Shown here: positions 41,369 through 53,669 of the stretch, piece by piece
Layout of the letters: each line of letters starts with the position of its first letter
How positions within the stretch are numbered: the stretch's first letter is position 1
From: Eledone cirrhosa
Lineage: Eukaryota
Direction of reading: 5' to 3'
DNA length: 64,000 nt
NCBI GenBank assembly: GCA_964016885.1
Contig: OZ024749.1
Location: 10,974,001 to 11,038,000, forward strand
Translations under genes and position numbers: made by a program
Notes under the pieces: model-generated
What the model was told of the DNA's origin: nothing
Database searches by the model: none
The model's input: the letters and a program-made list of their open reading frames with translations, nothing else

Positions 41369-44300
41369 CTAGTGTTTATATATGGCTGGTGCACAGGTGT
41401 AGTGTTTATATATGGCTGGTGCACAGGTGTAGTGTTTATATCTGGCTGGTGTACAGGTGTAGTGTTTATATATGGCTGGTGCACAGGTGTAGTGTTTATA
41501 TGTGGCTGGTACACAGGTGTAGTGTTTATATGTGGCTGGTACACAGGTGTAGTGTTTATATATGGCTGGTACACAGGTGTAGTGTTTATATGTGGCTGGT
41601 GTACAGGTGTAGTGTTTATATGTAGCTGGTGCACAGGTGTAGTGTTTATATATGGCTGGTGCACAGGTGTAGTGTATATATGTGGCTGGTGCACAGGTGT
41701 AGTGTTTATATATGGCTGGTGCACAGGTGTAGTGTATATATGTGGCTGGTACACAGGTGTAGTGTTTATATATGGCTGGTGCACAGGTGTAGTGTTTATA
41801 TGTGGCTGGTGCACAGGTGTAGTGTATATATGTAGCTGGTGCACAGGTCTAGTGTTTATATGTGGCTGGTGCACAGGTGTAGTGTATATATATGGCTGGT
41901 ACACAGGTCTAGTATTTATATGTGGCTGGTACACAGGTCTAGTGTTTATATGTGGCTGGTGCACAGGTGTAGTGTATATATGTAGCTGGTGCACAGGTGT
42001 AGTGTTTATATATGGCTGGTGCACAGGTGTAGTGTTTATATGTGGCTGGTGCACAGGTGTAGTGTTTATATGTGGCTGGTGTACAGGTGTAGTGTTTATA
42101 TATGGCTGGTGCACAGGTGTAGTGTTTATATATGGCTGGTGCACAGGTGTAGTGTTTATATGTGGCTGGTGCACAGGTGTAGTGTATATATGTAGCTGGT
42201 GCACAGGTGTAGTGTTTATATATGGCTGGTACACAGGTGTAGTGTTTATATATGGCTGGTACACAGGTCTAGTGTTTATATATGGCTGGTACACAGGTGT
42301 AGTGTTTATATATGGCTGGTGCACAGGTGTAGTGTTTATATATGGCTGGTACACAGGTCTAGTGTTTATATATGGCTGGTACACAGGTCTAGTGTTTATA
42401 TATGGCTGGTACACAGGTGTAGTGTTTATATGTGGCTGGTGCACAGGTGTAGTGTTTATATATGGCTGGTACACAGGTGTAGTGTTTATATATGGCTGGT
42501 ACACAGGTCTAGTGTTTATATATGGCTGGTACACAGGTGTAGTGTTTATATATGGCTGGTGCACAGGTGTAGTGTTTATATGTGGCTGGTGCACAGGTGT
42601 AGTGTTTATATATGGCTGGTGCACAGGTGTAGTGTTTATATATGGCTGGTGCACAGGTGTAGTGTTTATATGTGGCTGGTGCACAGGTGTAGTGTTTATA
42701 TATGGCTGGTACACAGGTGTAGTGTTTATATATGGCTGGTACACAGGTGTAGTGTTTATATGTGGCTGGTGCACAGGTGTAGTGTTTATATATGGCTGGT
42801 ACACAGGTGTAGTGTTTATATATGGCTGGTACACAGGTCTAGTGTTTATATATGGCTGGTGCACAGGTGTAGTGTTTATATGTGGCTGGTGCACAGGTGT
42901 AGTGTTTATATATGGCTGGTGCACAGGTGTAGTGTTTATATGTGGCTGGTGCACAGGTGTAGTGTTTATATGTGGCTGGTACACAGGTGTAGTGTTTATA
43001 TGTGGCTGGTGCACAGGTGTAGTGTTTATATATGGCTGGTGCACAGGTGTAGTGTTTATATGTGGCTGGTGCACAGGTGTAGTGTTTATATATGGCTGGT
43101 GCACAGGTGTAGTGTTTATATATGGCTGGTGCACAGGTGTAGTGTTTATATATGGCTGGTGCACAGGTGTAGTGTTTATATGTGGCTGGTGTACAGGTGT
43201 AGTGTTTATATATGGCTGGTGCACAGGTGTAGTGTTTATATATGGCTGGTGTACAGGTGTAGTGTTTATATGTGGCTGGTGTACAGGTGTAGTGTTTATA
43301 TATGGCTGGTGCACAGGTGTAGTGTTTATATATGGCTGGTGCACAGGTGTAGTGTTTATATATGGCTGGTGCACAGGTGTAGTGTTTATATATGGCTGGT
43401 GCACAGGTGTAGTGTATATATATGGCTGGTGTACAGGTGTAGTGTTTATATGTGGCTGGTGTACAGGTGTAGTGTTTATATATGGCTGGTGCACAGGTGT
43501 AGTGTTTATATATGGCTGGTGTACAGGTGTAGTGTTTATATGTGGCTGGTGTACAGGTGTAGTGTTTATATATGGCTGGTGCACAGGTGTAGTGTTTATA
43601 TATGGCTGGTGTACAGGTGTAGTGTTTATATATGGCTGGTGTACAGGTGTAGTGTTTATATATGGCTGGTGCACAGGTGTAGTGTTTATATATGGCTCGT
43701 GCACAGGTGTAGTGTTTATATATGGCTGGTGCACAGGTGTAGTGTTTATATATGGCTGGTGCACAGGTGTAGTGTTTATATGTGGCTGGTGTACAGGTGT
43801 AGTGTTTATATATGGCTGGTGCACAGGTGTAGTGTTTATATATGGCTGGTGTACAGGTGTAGTGTTTATATGTGGCTGGTGTACAGGTGTAGTGTTTATA
43901 TATGGCTGGTGCACAGGTGTAGTGTTTATATATGGCTGGTGCACAGGTGTAGTGTTTATATATGGCTGGTGCACAGGTGTAGTGTTTATATATGGCTGGT
44001 GCACAGGTGTAGTGTATATATATGGCTGGTGTACAGGTGTAGTGTTTATATGTGGCTGGTGTACAGGTGTAGTGTTTATATATGGCTGGTGCACAGGTGT
44101 AGTGTTTATATATGGCTGGTGTACAGGTGTAGTGTTTATATGTGGCTGGTGTACAGGTGTAGTGTTTATATATGGCTGGTGCACAGGTGTAGTGTTTATA
44201 TATGGCTGGTGCACAGGTGTAGTGTTTATATGTGGCTGGTGTACAGGTGTAGTGTTTATATATGGCTGGTGTACAGGTGTAGTGTTTATATATGGCTGGT

Positions 44301-44623
44301 GTACAGGTGTAGTGTTTATATGTGGCTGGTGTACAGGTGTAGTGTTTATATATGGCTGGTGTACAGGTGTAGTGTTTATATGTGGCTGGTGTACAGGTGT
44401 AGTGTTTATATATGGCTGGTGTACAGGTGTAGTGTATATATATGGCTGGTACACAGGTGTAGTGTTTATATGTGGCTGGTGTACAGGTGTAGTGTTTATA
44501 TGTGGCTGGTGTACAGGTGTAGTGTATATATATGGCTGGTACACAGGTGTAGTGTTTATATGTAGCTGGTACACAGGTGTAGTGTATATATGTGGCTGGT
44601 GCACAGGTGTAGTGTTTATATGT
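41369..44623. repeat. 30-bp satellite AGTGTTTATAT(A/G)TGGCTGGT(G/A)(C/T)ACAGGTGT, ~108 copies, LINE-derived
   Basis: Exact 30-bp period with no indels; 21/23 match to the RTE copy at 24404-24426. Confidence 0.97.
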
Positions 44624-44786
44624 GTTTAAATGATGTTTAAATGACCAGGGGTCTCTGTAGAAGTAGTTGACAGTTTCTGTTACCTGGGTGACCAAATTAG
44701 CAGTGGAAGAGGGTGTTCTGAAACTACAGTAGCTAGGGTGGAGAAAGTTCAGGGAGTTACTACCGCTGCTAACTACAAATGGCTTT

Positions 44787-47700
44787 AGGGAGACCTGGGT
44801 ATGATGTGTGTATATGAACAGCAAAGTTGTATGGTAGGGAGACCTGGGTATGATGTGTGTATATGAACAACAAAGTTGTAAGGTAGGGAGACCTGGGTAT
44901 GATGTGTGTATATGAACAACAAAGTTGTAAGGTAGGGAGACCTGGGTATGATGTGTGTATATGAACAGTAAAGTTGTATGGTAGGGAGACCTGGGTATGA
45001 TGTGTGTATATGAACAGTAAAGTTGTATGGTAGAGAGACCTGGGTATGATGTGTGTATATGAACAGCAAAGTTGTATAGTAGGGAGACCTGGGTATGATG
45101 TGTGTATATGAACAGCAAAGTTGTATAGTAGGGAGACCTGGGTATGATGTGTGTATATGAACAGTAAAGTTGTATGGTAGGGAGACCTGGGTATGATGTG
45201 TGTATATGAACAGCAAAGTTGTATGGTAGGGAGACCTGGGTATGATGTGTGTATATGAACAACAAAGTTGTAAGGTAGGGAGACCTGGGTATGATGTGTG
45301 TATATGAACAGTAAAGTTGTATGGTAGGGAGACCTGGGTATGATGTGTGTATATGAACAGCAAAGTTGTATGGTAGGGAGACCTGGGTATGATGTGTGTA
45401 TATGAACAACAAAGTTGTAAGGTAGGGAGACCTGGGTATGATGTGTGTATATGAACAGTAAAGTTGTATAGTAGGGAGACCTGGGTATGATGTGTGTATA
45501 TGAACAGTAAAGTTGTATGGTAGAGAGACCTGGGTATGATGTGTGTATATGAACAGTAAAGTTGTATGGTAGGGAGACCTGGGTATGATGTGTGTATATG
45601 AACAGCAAAGTTGTATGGTAGGGAGACCTGGGTATGATGTGTGTATATGAACAGCAAAGTTGTATGGTAGGGAGACCTGGGTATGATGTGTGTATATGAA
45701 CAGTAAAGTTGTATGGTAGGGAGACCTGGGTATGATGTGTGTATATGAACAGCAAAGTTGTATGGTAGGGAGACCTGGGTATGATGTGTGTATATGAACA
45801 GTAAAGTTGTATAGTAGGGAGACCTGGGTATGATGTGTGTATATGAACAACAAAGTTGTAAGGTAGGGAGACCTGGGTATGATGTGTGTATATGAACAGT
45901 AAAGTTGTAAGGTAGGGAGACCTGGGTATGATGTGTGTATATGAACAACAAAGTTGTAAGGTAGGGAGACCTGGGTATGATGTGTGTATATGAACAACAA
46001 AGTTGTAAGGTAGGGAGACCTGGGTATGATGTGTGTATATGAACAACAAAGTTGTAAGGTAGGGAGACCTGGGTATGATGTGTGTATATGAACAACAAAG
46101 TTGTATGGTAGGGAGACCTGGGTATGATGTGTGTATATGAACAGTAAAGTTGTATGGTAGGGAGACCTGGGTATGATGTGTGTATATGAACAACAAAGTT
46201 GTAAGGTAGGGAGACCTGGGTATGATGTGTGTATATGAACAGTAAAGTTGTATGGTAGGGAGACCTGGGTATGATGTGTGTATATGAACAGTAAAGTTGT
46301 AAGGTAGGGAGACCTGGGTATGATGTGTGTATATGAACAACAAAGTTGTAAGGTAGGGAGACCTGAGTATGATGTGTGTATATGAACAGTAAAGTTGTAT
46401 GGTAGGGAGACCTGGGTATGATGTGTGTATATGAACAGTAAAGTTGTATGGTAGGGAGACCTGGGTATGATGTGTGTATATGAACAGTAAAGTTGTATGG
46501 TAGGGAGACCTGGGTATGATGTGTGTACATGAACAACAAAGTTGTAAGGTAGGGAGACCTGGGTATGATGTGTGTATATGAACAACAAAGTTGTAAGGTA
46601 GGGAGACCTGGGTATGATGTGTGTATATGAACAGCAAAGTTGTATGGTAGGGAGACCTGGGTATGATGTGTGTATATGAACAGTAAAGTTGTATGGTAGG
46701 GAGACCTGGGTATGATGTGTGTATATGAACAGCAAAGTTGTATGGTAGGGAGACCTGGGTATGATGTGTGTATATGAACAGTAAAGTTGTATAGTAGGGA
46801 GACCTGGGTATGATGTGTGTATATGAACAACAAAGTTGTAAGGTAGGGAGACCTGGGTATGATGTGTGTATATGAACAGTAAAGTTGTAAGGTAGGGAGA
46901 CCTGGGTATGATGTGTGTATATGAACAACAAAGTTGTAAGGTAGGGAGACCTGGGTATGATGTGTGTATATGAACAGTAAAGTTGTATGGTAGGGAGACC
47001 TGGGTATGATGTGTGTATATGAACAGTAAAGTTGTAAGGTAGGGAGACCTGGGTATGATGTGTGTATATGAACAACAAAGTTGTAAGGTAGGGAGACCTG
47101 AGTATGATGTGTGTATATGAACAGTAAAGTTGTATGGTAGGGAGACCTGGGTATGATGTGTGTATATGAACAGTAAAGTTGTATGGTAGGGAGACCTGGG
47201 TATGATGTGTGTATATGAACAGTAAAGTTGTATGGTAGGGAGACCTGGGTATGATGTGTGTACATGAACAACAAAGTTGTAAGGTAGGGAGACCTGGGTA
47301 TGATGTGTGTATATGAACAACAAAGTTGTAAGGTAGGGAGACCTGGGTATGATGTGTGTATATGAACAACAAAGTTGTAAGGTAGGGAGACCTGGGTATG
47401 ATGTGTGTATATGAACAGTAAAGTTGTATGGTAGGGAGACCTGGGTATGATGTGTGTATATGAACAGTAAAGTTGTAAGGTAGGGAGACCTGGGTATGAT
47501 GTGTGTATATGAACAGTAAAGTTGTATGGTAGGGAGACCTGGGTATGATGTGTGTATATGAACAGTAAAGTTGTAAGGTAGGGAGACCTGGGTATGATGT
47601 GTGTATATGAACAGTAAAATTGTATGGTAGGGAGACCTGGGTATGATGTGTGTATATGAACAGTAAAGTTGTATGGTAGGGAGACCTGGGTATGATGTGT

Positions 47701-47837
47701 GTATATGAACAGTAAAGTTGTAAGGTAGGGAGACCTGGGTATGATGTGTGTATATGAACAGCAAAGTTGTATGGTAGGGAGACCTGGGTATGATGTGTGT
47801 ATATGAACAGCAAAGTTGTAAGGTAGGGAGACCTGGG
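44787..47837. repeat. 49-bp satellite AGGGAGACCTGGGTATGATGTGTGTATATGAACAG(C/T)AAAGTTGTA(T/A)GGT, ~62 copies, LINE-derived
   Basis: Exact 49-bp period; 41/48 match to the RTE copy at 24134-24181. Confidence 0.97.
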
Positions 47838-48161
47838 CGCTGTGTGCAGGAAACCTGCGAAGTTTGGAAAGAAATTAAGCTTCCATGCTTTGATGAATGT
47901 GCGATAGCAATATACATGAACAGCAAAGCATAAACGAACTGTGAGAGAAATTAGGCATAAGAGGGATCAGATGCAGTGTGCAGGAGAAGAGATTATGTTG
48001 GTATGGATATGTGATGTGTATGAAAGCTGACAGCTGTATAAAAAGGTGCAGAGGGCTCAAAGTTGATGGAAGCTATGGAATGGGTTGGGATGAGGTAATA
48101 AAAGCTGACCTTGCACAATTGCACCTCTCAAAGGCCATGACACAGGACAGAGATTAGGGCA

Positions 48162-48462
48162 TCAACATATGTTAACTTCGGTCTTCCTCTTCCAGTGTTT
48201 CCATGCAGGGGCTTCCACAGGAGCACTGAGTGCAGTGTCAACTCTGGATGTCGGTGAGCATGTCCAGCTAACCTCAGTTTCCTGTGTCACTTTTGAGCTG
48301 ACTTTTGGGAGGCTCCCATACAGCTCTGAGTTCTTCATCCTAAGTGTATACTGATTAATGTTCAGAGCCATCCTCAGCATTCTCATGTAGCACCCATCCA
48401 CCATCTGAGTGAGTTTCTTGGTCAGTGTCCAAGTTTCAGACCCGTACAGCAGCACAGACTCA
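48162..48462 (-). pseudogene. C-terminal fragment of a different RTE-like LINE
   Basis: SVLLYGSETWTLTKKLTQMVDGCYMRMLRMALNI..NSELYGSLPKVS. Confidence 0.85.
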
Positions 48463-48465
48463 TAT

Positions 48466-48712
48466 CACTGCTCTACACCAACACCAAAGCCCAAGTCATT
48501 ACACCTGATGGGATGACAGAATTATTTGAGATACTGGCCGGAGTGCTCCAGGGAGATACATTGGCTCCCAACCTTTTTATCATCGCAGTGGACTATTGTA
48601 TGTGCCTTGCGCTGGAGAAACACCAGGACTCTGGCTTTACTGTAACACCGGTATAGAGCAGGAGAGTTAAGGCAAAAAGGATATCGGATGCTGAATTTGC
48701 CAACGACATAGT
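48466..48712 (+). pseudogene. RT fragment, probably of the same LINE, in inverted orientation
   Basis: ALYTNTKAQVITPDGMTELFEILAGVLQGDTLAP..FIIAVDY...ISDAEFANDI. Confidence 0.85.
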
Positions 48713-48713
48713 G

Positions 48714-48751
<38 letters not shown>

Positions 48752-49320
48752 GATATATGTGAGTGTATATATATATGTGTGTGTGTGTGGATATATATGT
48801 GTGTGTGTGTGTGTGTATATATATGTGAGTGTATATATATATGTGTATGTGTGTGTGGATATATGTGAGTGTATATATATGTGTGTGTGGATATATGTGA
48901 GTGTATATATATGTGTGTGTGTGTGTGGATATATGTGAGTGTATATATATATATGTATGTGTGTGTGTGTGGATATATGTGAGTGTATATATATATGTGT
49001 GTGTATATATATGTGTGTGTGTGTATATATATGTGTGTGTGTATATATATATGTGTGTGTGGATATATGTGAGTGTATATATATGTGTGTGTGTGGATAT
49101 ATGTGAGTGTATATATATGTGTGTGTGGATATATGTGAGTGTGTGTGTGTGTGTATATATGTGAGTGTATATTTATGTGAGTGTATATATATGTGTGCAT
49201 GTGTGTGTATATATATGAGTGTATATATATATGTGTGTGTGTGTTTAAATGTGAGTATATATATATATATGTGTGTGTATATATATATGTGTGTGTGTAT
49301 ATATATACACACACACACAC
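48711..49320. repeat. Compound (TG)n/(TA)n minisatellite
   Basis: GTGTGGATATATGTGAGTGTATATAT-type units. Confidence 0.93.
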
Positions 49321-49490
49321 TTGAGAATATTTCACATTTCACAACATATATCATAGAATCTGTTATGGAAATTGTTGCTAGAAATCCTTTGATGACATCA
49401 AAGAGCAGAATATATATATAAACTAGCCTGCATATGTGTATGTTGTGTGAAGTATTAAACAGATATGTGTAGAAGTAGAGGCCTAAACAA

Positions 49491-49902
49491 ATCTGTTTAG
49501 GCCTATACACATACACATATGTATATATCTACATATCTGTTTAGGCACATACACATATGTATATATCTACATATCTGTTTAGGCCTATACACATACACAT
49601 ATGTATATATCTACATATCTGTTTAGGCACATACACATATGTATATATCTACATATCTGTTTAGGCCTATACACATACACATATGTATATATCTACATAT
49701 CTGTTTAGGCACATACACATAGGTATATATCTACATATCTGTTTAGGCATATACACATACACATATGTATATATCTACATATCTGTTTAGGCATATACAC
49801 ATACACATATGTATATATCTACATATCTGTTTAGGCATATACACATACATATATGTATATATCTACATATCTGTTAAGGCATATACACATACACATATGT
49901 AT
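49491..49902. repeat. ~40-44-bp tandem repeat ATCTGTTTAGGCATATACACATACACATATGTATATATCTACAT, ~10 copies
   Basis: Visible directly. Confidence 0.93.
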
Positions 49903-50178
49903 CTCTCCCCATAATTTTTTAGCCCACCATATCTGTTTAGGACTTTACACATATGTAAGCTAGTTTATATATAATATATATATATACATATATATTTATA
50001 TGCACACATACACATACACACATATATATATCATCATCACCGTTTAATGTCCATTTTTCTATGCTAGAATGGGTTAGAAGAGTTGTCTTGTGAGATAAGC
50101 TAGATCAGATGACTATGTCTTTTTCATACAGAACAGATTTTGGTTTGGTTTCTACGGCTCGGTGCTCTTCCTAACATG

Positions 50179-50540
50179 AACCACTTTACAGTGTGTACTG
50201 GTTGCTTTTTGTTGTGGCACCTACACAACCACTTTACAGTGTAGACTGGTTGCTTTTTGTTGTGGCACCTACACAACCACTTTACAGTGTGACCTGGTTG
50301 CTTTTTGTTGTGGCACCTACACAACCACTTTACAGTGTGTACTGGTTGCTTTTTATTGTGGCACCTACACAACCACTTTACAGTGTGACCTGGTTGCTTT
50401 TTGTTGTGGCACCTACACAACCACTTTACAGTGTGTACTGGTTGCTTTTTGTTGTGGCACCTACACAACCACTTTACAGTGTGTACTGGTTGCTTTTTGT
50501 TGTGGCACCTACACAACCACTTTACAGTGTAGACTGGGTG
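50179..50540. repeat. 48-bp tandem repeat (~7.5 copies) amplified from the SINE2/LINE 3' module
   Basis: Unit AACCACTTTACAGTGTGTACTGGTTGCTTTTTGTTGTGGCACCTACAC matches 23545-23592. Confidence 0.93.
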
Positions 50541-50962
50541 CTGGACTAGGGAAGATGCATGGGGATTTGAGAGGTAAATTTTGTGTGCGGGACTTATCAG
50601 GTGGGGGCTGGGGGTGTAGGTGAAGGGTGGGGGTGGTGTTAGGATGTGGGTAAAAGGTGGAGTGTTAGGATGGGGGAGGCGTATTGAAGGAGGAGGGGCA
50701 GGTAGGGGAAAATGGTGCATACTAGATGTATACTTCAACCTGTGAACATGAGAAAGTGGGTTTTCTGTATTACTACATAATGCCAGAGATCTTGATCCTG
50801 TGTCATTGCCTTCGAGGGGTACACTTGTGCAAGGTCTGTCTTTAACACCTCATCCCATTTCTTCCAGGGTCTTCCTACTCCATAGCTACCATCAACTTTG
50901 AGTGTCCTGAACCTTTTTATACAGCTGTCATCCTTCATAAACATCACATAACATCCATGTTA

Positions 50963-51066
50963 AACTACATTCTTAGCTAACTTACCTGTGATCCCACTAC
51001 ATTCTTAGCTAACTTACCTGTGATCCCACTACATTCTTAGCTAACTTACCTGTGATCCCATTACAT
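50963..51066. repeat. 32-bp triplication inside the RTE ORF
   Basis: ACTACATTCTTAGCTAACTTACCTGTGATCCC three times (minus strand GITGKLAKNV). Confidence 0.9.
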
Positions 51067-51876
51067 TTCTTACATACCCATAGTTTGCATTCGGGTTAGA
51101 GGATGGAATTTCTACCCACCCCTTTCCTACAAACTGAGCAAGGTCATTTCCCTAAGTGGGTCTTTGTCATGTTTTCCTTTCTGCTTACTTTAGTCTTTGT
51201 CAAGTTGATTTTAAGACCTTTTAATTCCAGGTCAGGAATTTTTTCTCTAGTTCTGTCATAGATTCAGCTGTGAGTTATATCATCAGCATACGGGAGCTCC
51301 CAAGGGCATGTAGCAAAGCGACACCTGTGGTGTGATAGCTCTGACGTCATAAATGGACGTCATAAAAATAACACAGACACTCCGGCAAAAAAAATGCAGA
51401 GCGACAACACATATTTTTCTTGAAGCTGATTGTACAAACACACACCAGCCATTCGTATTCTTCTGAATATTTTTGCAAGTCATAAATACACAAATACACA
51501 TTGTCTAAAGGCATCTCATTTTAAACTCATCTTTTGTAGCCTATAGGGCAATAATAAATAGATGAGTTCTGTTATGGGTTCATGTGATCTGGGTGGGTTC
51601 TTTCTGGGATACATAGCGTTGATGTTATGGGGTCGTTTTTTGTAGTGTTGGAGGTGATACCTCTTTTAGTTGTTAATGTGGGATGGTTTTGTTGGGATTT
51701 CATGTGGTCTGTACGGATTTCTTCTGAAGTGTATGGTGTTTGTGTTGCGGGTTAGTTCTATGTTGTTTTGGGGTTGCTTTATGTATGTATGTATATACAC
51801 AACCCTTATCAAGTCCTCTTTGGATTTTGGTCTTCATATCTATTATTACACTATTATTATTATTATTATTACTAAG

Positions 51877-52079
51877 GGCGATGGATTGGCAGTATCGGTA
51901 GAGAGTCGAACGCCATGCTTTGACACATAGAGTTACAGCCCTTGCCATTCTGATTTCAAATCCCGCTGAGGTTAACTTTGCCTTTCATCCTTAAGGGGAT
52001 CGATAAAATAAAGTACCAGTAATGCACTGGGTAATTGCTGGCCTTGTGCCTAAAGTAGAAACAATTATTATTATTATTA
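51877..52079 (+). mobile_element. SINE family 1, full length, sitting in (ATT)n
   Basis: GGCGATGGATTGGCAGTATCGGTAGAG head, B-box-like TTCAAATCC, central domain and (ATT)n tail. Confidence 0.88.
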
Positions 52080-52111
52080 CTACATATATGTGTGTGCGTG
52101 TGTGTGTGTCT

Positions 52112-52308
52112 AGGTGTCACAACAAAAAGCACCCAGTCCACACTGTAAATGTGGTTGGCATTAGGAAGGGCATCCAACCATAGAAACCAAACCAGAAACA
52201 GTTTGTATGAGTAAGACACGGTCACTTGACCCAACTTGCCTCAAATGGGACAACCCGTCTAACCCATGCTAGCATAGAAAATAGACGTTAAACTATGATG
52301 ATGATGAT
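52112..52308 (+). mobile_element. SINE2/RTE 3' module with (GAT)n tail
   Basis: AAAAGCACCCAGTCCACACTGTAAA..TTAGGAAGGGCATCC..AACCCATGCTAGCAT. Confidence 0.8.
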
Positions 52309-52702
52309 ATGTGTGTGTAGAAATGTTATTGGTATTTGTGAAGAGTAGTAAGAGGTTTTCTAAAATTCTGTCTGGAATCGTTACAGACTGGATTAACTCA
52401 TTATTTTTGTTTGGTAGACTTCTTTGTAACGGAAATGAGCAGTTCTTTTAGTCTCCTTCCTTTCCGTGGTTTATTGGAGGGTTGTGGGGTGTAGGAGGAG
52501 GTTGTGTGTGTGTTGTGAGTGTGTGAAGGTTTGAGTGTCTGTGTGTGTGTATAGGAGGAGGTGTGTGTATGTGTGTGTATGTATAATGTGTGTGTGATTT
52601 GTTGCTTTATCTTTGGATTATCTCCTCCTTTCTACTAAATTCACAGATAAGTCAGAGCAAGAATAGATTTTTACTGCAGAGAAAAAATAAAACAAATTAT
52701 TA

Positions 52703-52961
<259 letters not shown>

Positions 52962-53010
52962 CCCTCCACATTAATAGCTTTGATAACTTGCTTCATTAGT
53001 CCTACTTTAA

Positions 53011-53218
53011 CCCTTTAGCATTCACATTACTCTATATATACTATTATATTTTCATGGTAAAGGCTTTACCTCACATATTATCTCACATAATATCGAATCT
53101 ATGAGATTTTGAAAGTATTTATTTTGAGAACAATACCTTAACATCAGTTTGAGTGACCAGTTACAGCCAGTTTCAAAGAAAAAGGTAGAGAATTCTGGCC
53201 AGTTTGAACATTAAAGGG
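53011..53218 (-). mobile_element. piggyBac-like MITE (family A)
   Basis: TTAA|CCCTTTAGCATT...TTAAAGGG|TTAA; removing it restores the transposase frame. Confidence 0.88.
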
Positions 53219-53542
53219 TTAATATGAAGGGTTGGGAAGATGATTTTCTCTCACCCAACAAGTGGTTAGTGTTTGATATTCTTCTCCCCAACAAAATTTT
53301 TCTAACTGACCAGTGCTTCCGTTCCCAATGTTTGTCTTTCGCTCGGCTATCCCATAAACACAGGAAACACAGATATTTTGTATATTTTGTTGGCCAAGTA
53401 AAAAGTTGACCATTTTCAAATCCACACATATGTCCCATTTGTGTTCATCATACTTGAGTAAATCTAATGGAGGTTTTATGTTCATACTTCTCTTTTAAGT
53501 GCACAGAGTGACCAATAGGAATTGCACTAACAAGTTTCCATT

Positions 53543-53669
53543 TACGATCTGAGTTCAAATCCCGCCGAGGTTAACTTTGCCTTTCATCCTTATGGTGTCG
53601 ATGATAAAATAAAGTACCAGTAATGTACTGGGATAATTGCTGGCCTTGTGCCAAAAAGTAGAAACAATT
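53543..53669 (+). mobile_element. SINE family 1, 5'-truncated
   Basis: GAGTTCAAATCCCGCCGAGGTTAACTTTGCCTTTCATCC...AGAAACAATT. Confidence 0.88.

Larger units (their letters stand above)
40775..48160 (+). mobile_element. RTE LINE copy (RT through ORF end) interrupted by two self-derived satellites
   Basis: AFVDLGKAFDRI, GVHQGSVLSPLLF, LLYADDL and VHKRCS, then [30-bp array], then VEVVDSFCYLGDQISSG..FRELLPLL, then [49-bp array], then ETWAL..LERN..KLGIRGI..RLCWYGYV..WDEVIKADL. Collinear with the copies at 15.8 and 23.4 kb. Confidence 0.92.
50031..51285 (-). mobile_element. Internally deleted RTE LINE 3' portion with C-rich UTR, shared 3' module and tail
   Basis: Minus strand reads GLKINLTKTKVS, WVCKKC, MFMKDDSCIKRFRTLKVDGSYGVGRPWKKWDEVLKTDL..AMTQDQDLW. 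The tail TCATCATCAC lies at 50031. Confidence 0.85.

Noticed and set aside
41348-47926. ORFs of 788-1695 aa as protein-coding genes
   Set aside because: They are translations of stop-free 30- and 49-bp units, open in several frames and strands, and lie inside a decayed LINE.
51500-51830. Possible second Penelope remnant
   Set aside because: Strand-biased composition is suggestive, but no clear motif could be recovered.
52642-52650. CACAGATAA as the other Chapaev3 terminus
   Set aside because: Only 9 bp match the 56461 end and there is no matching TSD.
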